Of a stretch of DNA of 64,000 nt, positions 61,100 through 64,000 are shown piece by piece. The stretch comes from Actinomycetota bacterium (lineage in GTDB: Bacteria > Actinomycetota > UBA4738 > HRBIN12): assembly GCA_040882605.1 (NCBI GenBank), contig JBBEAY010000064.1, positions 659-64,658 of the forward strand, given 5' to 3'. Position 1 is the first letter of the stretch. The number at the start of each line of letters is the position of its first letter. Under the pieces are notes generated by a model. It was given only the letters and a program-made list of their open reading frames with translations, had not been told where the DNA came from and searched no databases. The position numbers were made by a program, and so were the translations under genes.

Positions 61100-61372
61100 A
61101 TGGCGAACATCAAGTCACAGATCAAGCGGAACAAGCAGAACGAGGTGCGCCGCGAGCGCAACAAGGCGGTGCGCTCGACGCTGAAGTCCTCGCAGAAGCG
61201 CGTTCATGCCGCGATCGCCGAGGGCGACGCCGAGGCCGCGCAGGCGCGCTCCCGCGAGGTCAGCCGGGCGCTCGACAAGGCCACGAGCAAGGGCGTCGTG
61301 CACAAGCGCACGGCCGCTCGCCGCAAGAGCCGCCTCACGAAGGCCGCCAACGCGGCCGCCGCGGCCAAGTAG
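61100..61372 (+). CDS. rpsT: 30S ribosomal protein S20
   Basis: MANIKSQIKR...KGVVHKRTAARRKSRL. Confidence 0.98.
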   Translation: MANIKSQIKRNKQNEVRRERNKAVRSTLKSSQKRVHAAIAEGDAEAAQARSREVSRALDKATSKGVVHKRTAARRKSRLTKAANAAAAAK

Positions 61373-61377
61373 CGCCC

Positions 61378-62316
61378 TCAGCGAGCTGCGATCGCGACGA
61401 CGAGCATCGGCATCGCGGTGTCGCCCGTCGCGCCCGATTTCAAGGCTCGATCGGTCTCGGTGACCCGGTCGTGCAGGCTGAGCAGCTCCTGCATCGAGAA
61501 GTTCCCGGCTTGCTGTTGATACCGCCTGGCCTGCCAGTCGAACCTCAGCCCCGCCGCTTTGGCAAGGTCCGAGGGTGGCATGCGGTCGGGCAGGGCACGG
61601 ACCCGGATCAGGTCGCGCAGGCGGCTCGACACGCCACCGAGCACCTTCAGCGGGTCGTCGCCGCCTTCCTCGATCGAACGCCACGACCGGATCGCGCCGG
61701 CAAGGTCGCGAGAGAATGCCCGATCGCAGAGATCCCAGACCTTCTGCTCCCCCAGCCCGCGGAACTGTTGGGCGACGATCGCCGGCGTGATGCGCTGACC
61801 GGAGAATGCCGACGCGAGCTGTTGCAGCGCGGCGACGAGCTGCCCAGGCTCCTCGCCGAGGGTCTCGACGAGCGCGCGAGCAGCGGGCACCGAGAGATCG
61901 AGGTTCATGTCGCCGGCGCGGCGCGTGAGCCACGGCTCGAGATCCTTTCTCTTGATCTCGACGTGCACCACGTCGCCCACCGGCTTCACCAGCTTGTCGA
62001 GCGCCGCCGGCGCCTTGCCCCGCTCGGCGACCTGGCAACAGATCACGAGCTGGGCATCAGGGTCGGGGGCGCCGATGTACGCCGCGAGCTCGGCGGTCGC
62101 GTCCTTCGTGAGCGATCGGGCGTCGGAGATCATCAGCCCCCTCGGTTCGCCGAACAACGACGGGGTCGCGAGGTCCTGTAACTCGCGTCCCTGCCATTCC
62201 CCCGCGTCGACCTCGGTGGGGTGCAGCTCACCGAAGCGCGCGAGCGCCGCCTCGCGGAGCAGGAAGACGTCTTCTCCCCACAGCAGGGCGATCGAGGCCT
62301 GTGGCCGAGCCGGCAT
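61378..62316 (-). CDS. holA: DNA polymerase III delta subunit
   Basis: LLWGEDVFL, TPSLFG, DRALKSG; comEC-holA-rpsT synteny. Confidence 0.88.
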   Translation of the reverse strand: MPARPQASIALLWGEDVFLLREAALARFGELHPTEVDAGEWQGRELQDLATPSLFGEPRGLMISDARSLTKDATAELAAYIGAPDPDAQLVICCQVAERGKAPAALDKLVKPVGDVVHVEIKRKDLEPWLTRRAGDMNLDLSVPAARALVETLGEEPGQLVAALQQLASAFSGQRITPAIVAQQFRGLGEQKVWDLCDRAFSRDLAGAIRSWRSIEEGGDDPLKVLGGVSSRLRDLIRVRALPDRMPPSDLAKAAGLRFDWQARRYQQQAGNFSMQELLSLHDRVTETDRALKSGATGDTAMPMLVVAIAAR

Positions 62317-62366
62317 GGGATCGATGCTACCGCGCTGCCGTGACGCGCCGGCCAGCGCTCAGCCAG

Positions 62367-64000
62367 TCAGCGATCGCCGGATACGACCGGTACGCCGCTC
62401 TCGAACGTCACGGTGACCGTGCCGTGCTCGTCGGTGCGCCACACCGTCGACCCGGCCTCAGCGAGCGCGTCGAGCGTGGTGGGCACCGGGTGCCCGTAGG
62501 TGTTCTCCCCCACGCTCACGACCGCGACCGGCGCCGCGACCGCGTCGAAGAACTCGGCGATCGACGTCGCGGCGCCGTGGTGGGGAACCTTCAACAGGTC
62601 GGCGTGTAGGTCGAGGCCCTGGTCGGCTTCCTTCTCGAGGAGCCATTCCTGCGCGGGCTCCTCGGGCTCGGTCGCGAACAGCACGACGTCGTCACCCTGC
62701 ACGAGCCTTATCACGAGCGCGTCGTTGTTGGTGTCGGACTCGGTGCCCGTGTAGCACACGTGCGGCGAGATCACGTCGAGGCGCACGTCACCCACGGTGA
62801 ACGATTCCCCCGCCAACGGCGTGCGCATCTCGATGCCCTCGTCGGCGATGGCCCGCTCGAGATCGACCTGTAAGGCCGACGTCGACTCGCAGCCCGGCTG
62901 TAGAACGACCCCCACCTGGAAGCGCGCCAGCACCGACGGCAGCCCGACGATGTGGTCGGCGTGCGGATGACTCGCGACCACGACGTCGATTCGCTTGACG
63001 CCGAGCGCGGCCAACTCAGTGGCGACCAGATCCTCGTCTGGGCCGCCGTCGACGAGCATCGTCATACCCGCCGGCGTCGTCACGAGCGCCGCATCGCCTT
63101 GACCAACATCGAAGAAGCGAACGGTGAGCGTCGATGGAGGGCCGACCGAGGTTGCCGAGTTCCATACGAGCAGCGGCAGGCACGCGATGCCCGCGATCAG
63201 GGCGCGCCGGGACGGCTTCCACCCGGTGCGGAGCGCGATGGTGAGGGCCGCGACGAGGACGGCGCCCACGAGCAACACGAGAGGACCGCCTCGCGACGTG
63301 ACGTGGGCGACCGGCGCGCGGCCGGCGATGTTCGCGATGAGTTGCAACACCCGCATCGGCGCTTGGGCCCCGAGCCCCACGAGGTGACCGAGCGGTTCCG
63401 AGACGATGCCGACGGCCGCGGCGGTGAGTCCGAGCAGCAGCGAGGGCGCGACCGTGGGGGCGGCGATGACGTTCGCGATCAACGTCACCCCCGGCACGTC
63501 GTGGAAATGGAACAGCAGGATCGGCGTGACGCCCAGCTGCGCGGCCAAGGTCGTGCCCGCGGCGGCCGCGACGGGCGCCGGTACGAACCTCGAGAACCGC
63601 TCGCCGAGTGGCGCCGCCATCGAGACCATGCCGGCGGTGGCCGTGACCGAGAGCTGGAACCCGATCGAGCGGACGAGCACCGGCTGCAGGATCAGCAGCA
63701 TCATGACCGCGCCCGACAGCACGACCGCGGTCGAGCGGGCGCGGCCGAGCAGGAGTCCGATGAGTGCGAGCGAGGTCATGGCGCCGGCGCGCATCACCGA
63801 GGGCTCGGCGCCGGTGAGCACCACGATGAACGCGACGGTGAACAGTCCGATCGCGACCTGCGCCGGGCGTGGCAGTCCGAGCATCGTGACGAGGGCGAGC
63901 ACCGGTCCGAGCACCATGGCGACGTTGCCGCCCGAGACCACGAGCAGGTGCGTGAGCCCGGTCGCCTTGAAGTCGCGCTCCACGCCGGGGTCGAGGTTGG
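62367..64000 (-). CDS. comEC: ComEC/Rec2 competence protein (5' end beyond the window)
   Basis: GLTHLLVVSGGN, FDVGQGDA, SHPHADH, KVPHHG, NTYGHP, RTD. Confidence 0.95.
   Translation of the reverse strand, partial: NLDPGVERDFKATGLTHLLVVSGGNVAMVLGPVLALVTMLGLPRPAQVAIGLFTVAFIVVLTGAEPSVMRAGAMTSLALIGLLLGRARSTAVVLSGAVMMLLILQPVLVRSIGFQLSVTATAGMVSMAAPLGERFSRFVPAPVAAAAGTTLAAQLGVTPILLFHFHDVPGVTLIANVIAAPTVAPSLLLGLTAAAVGIVSEPLGHLVGLGAQAPMRVLQLIANIAGRAPVAHVTSRGGPLVLLVGAVLVAALTIALRTGWKPSRRALIAGIACLPLLVWNSATSVGPPSTLTVRFFDVGQGDAALVTTPAGMTMLVDGGPDEDLVATELAALGVKRIDVVVASHPHADHIVGLPSVLARFQVGVVLQPGCESTSALQVDLERAIADEGIEMRTPLAGESFTVGDVRLDVISPHVCYTGTESDTNNDALVIRLVQGDDVVLFATEPEEPAQEWLLEKEADQGLDLHADLLKVPHHGAATSIAEFFDAVAAPVAVVSVGENTYGHPVPTTLDALAEAGSTVWRTDEHGTVTVTFESGVPVVSGDR

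Overview
High-GC actinobacterial chromosome segment; a deep-branching Actinomycetota lineage is likely but is only an inference. The conserved backbone lies mostly on the minus strand: comEC-holA-(rpsT)-lepA-hemW ... hrcA-dnaJ-HIT-phoH-ybeY-hemolysin/CBS-cdd-era ... recO-uppS-sulfatase-glyQS ... ppdK ... dGTPase-dnaG-rpoD-tRNA-Asn. The left ~3.9 kb is one end of an integrative element inserted at the tRNA-Asn 3' end (tyrosine integrase, excisionase, rolling-circle-type Rep, two unknowns). About 21 kb of accessory genes separate era from recO. These are an ECF sigma/anti-sigma/ABC operon ending in an anti-sigma-like membrane domain fused to a histidine kinase; a highly structured non-coding leader followed by a small zinc-finger gene, a minimal McrB-like GTPase and a nuclease-less DUF2357/McrC-like partner; a sugar ABC/GH4/deoC cluster; and a frameshifted PhoX-like gene. 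PhoH carries a 360-aa Ala-initiated class-3 intein with a LAGLIDADG endonuclease. The best candidate for an undescribed system is the RNA leader/zinc finger/McrB/DUF2357 module at 31.35-33.46 kb, followed by the anti-sigma-kinase fusion just upstream of it. All protein calls come from motif recognition by eye; no database search was run.
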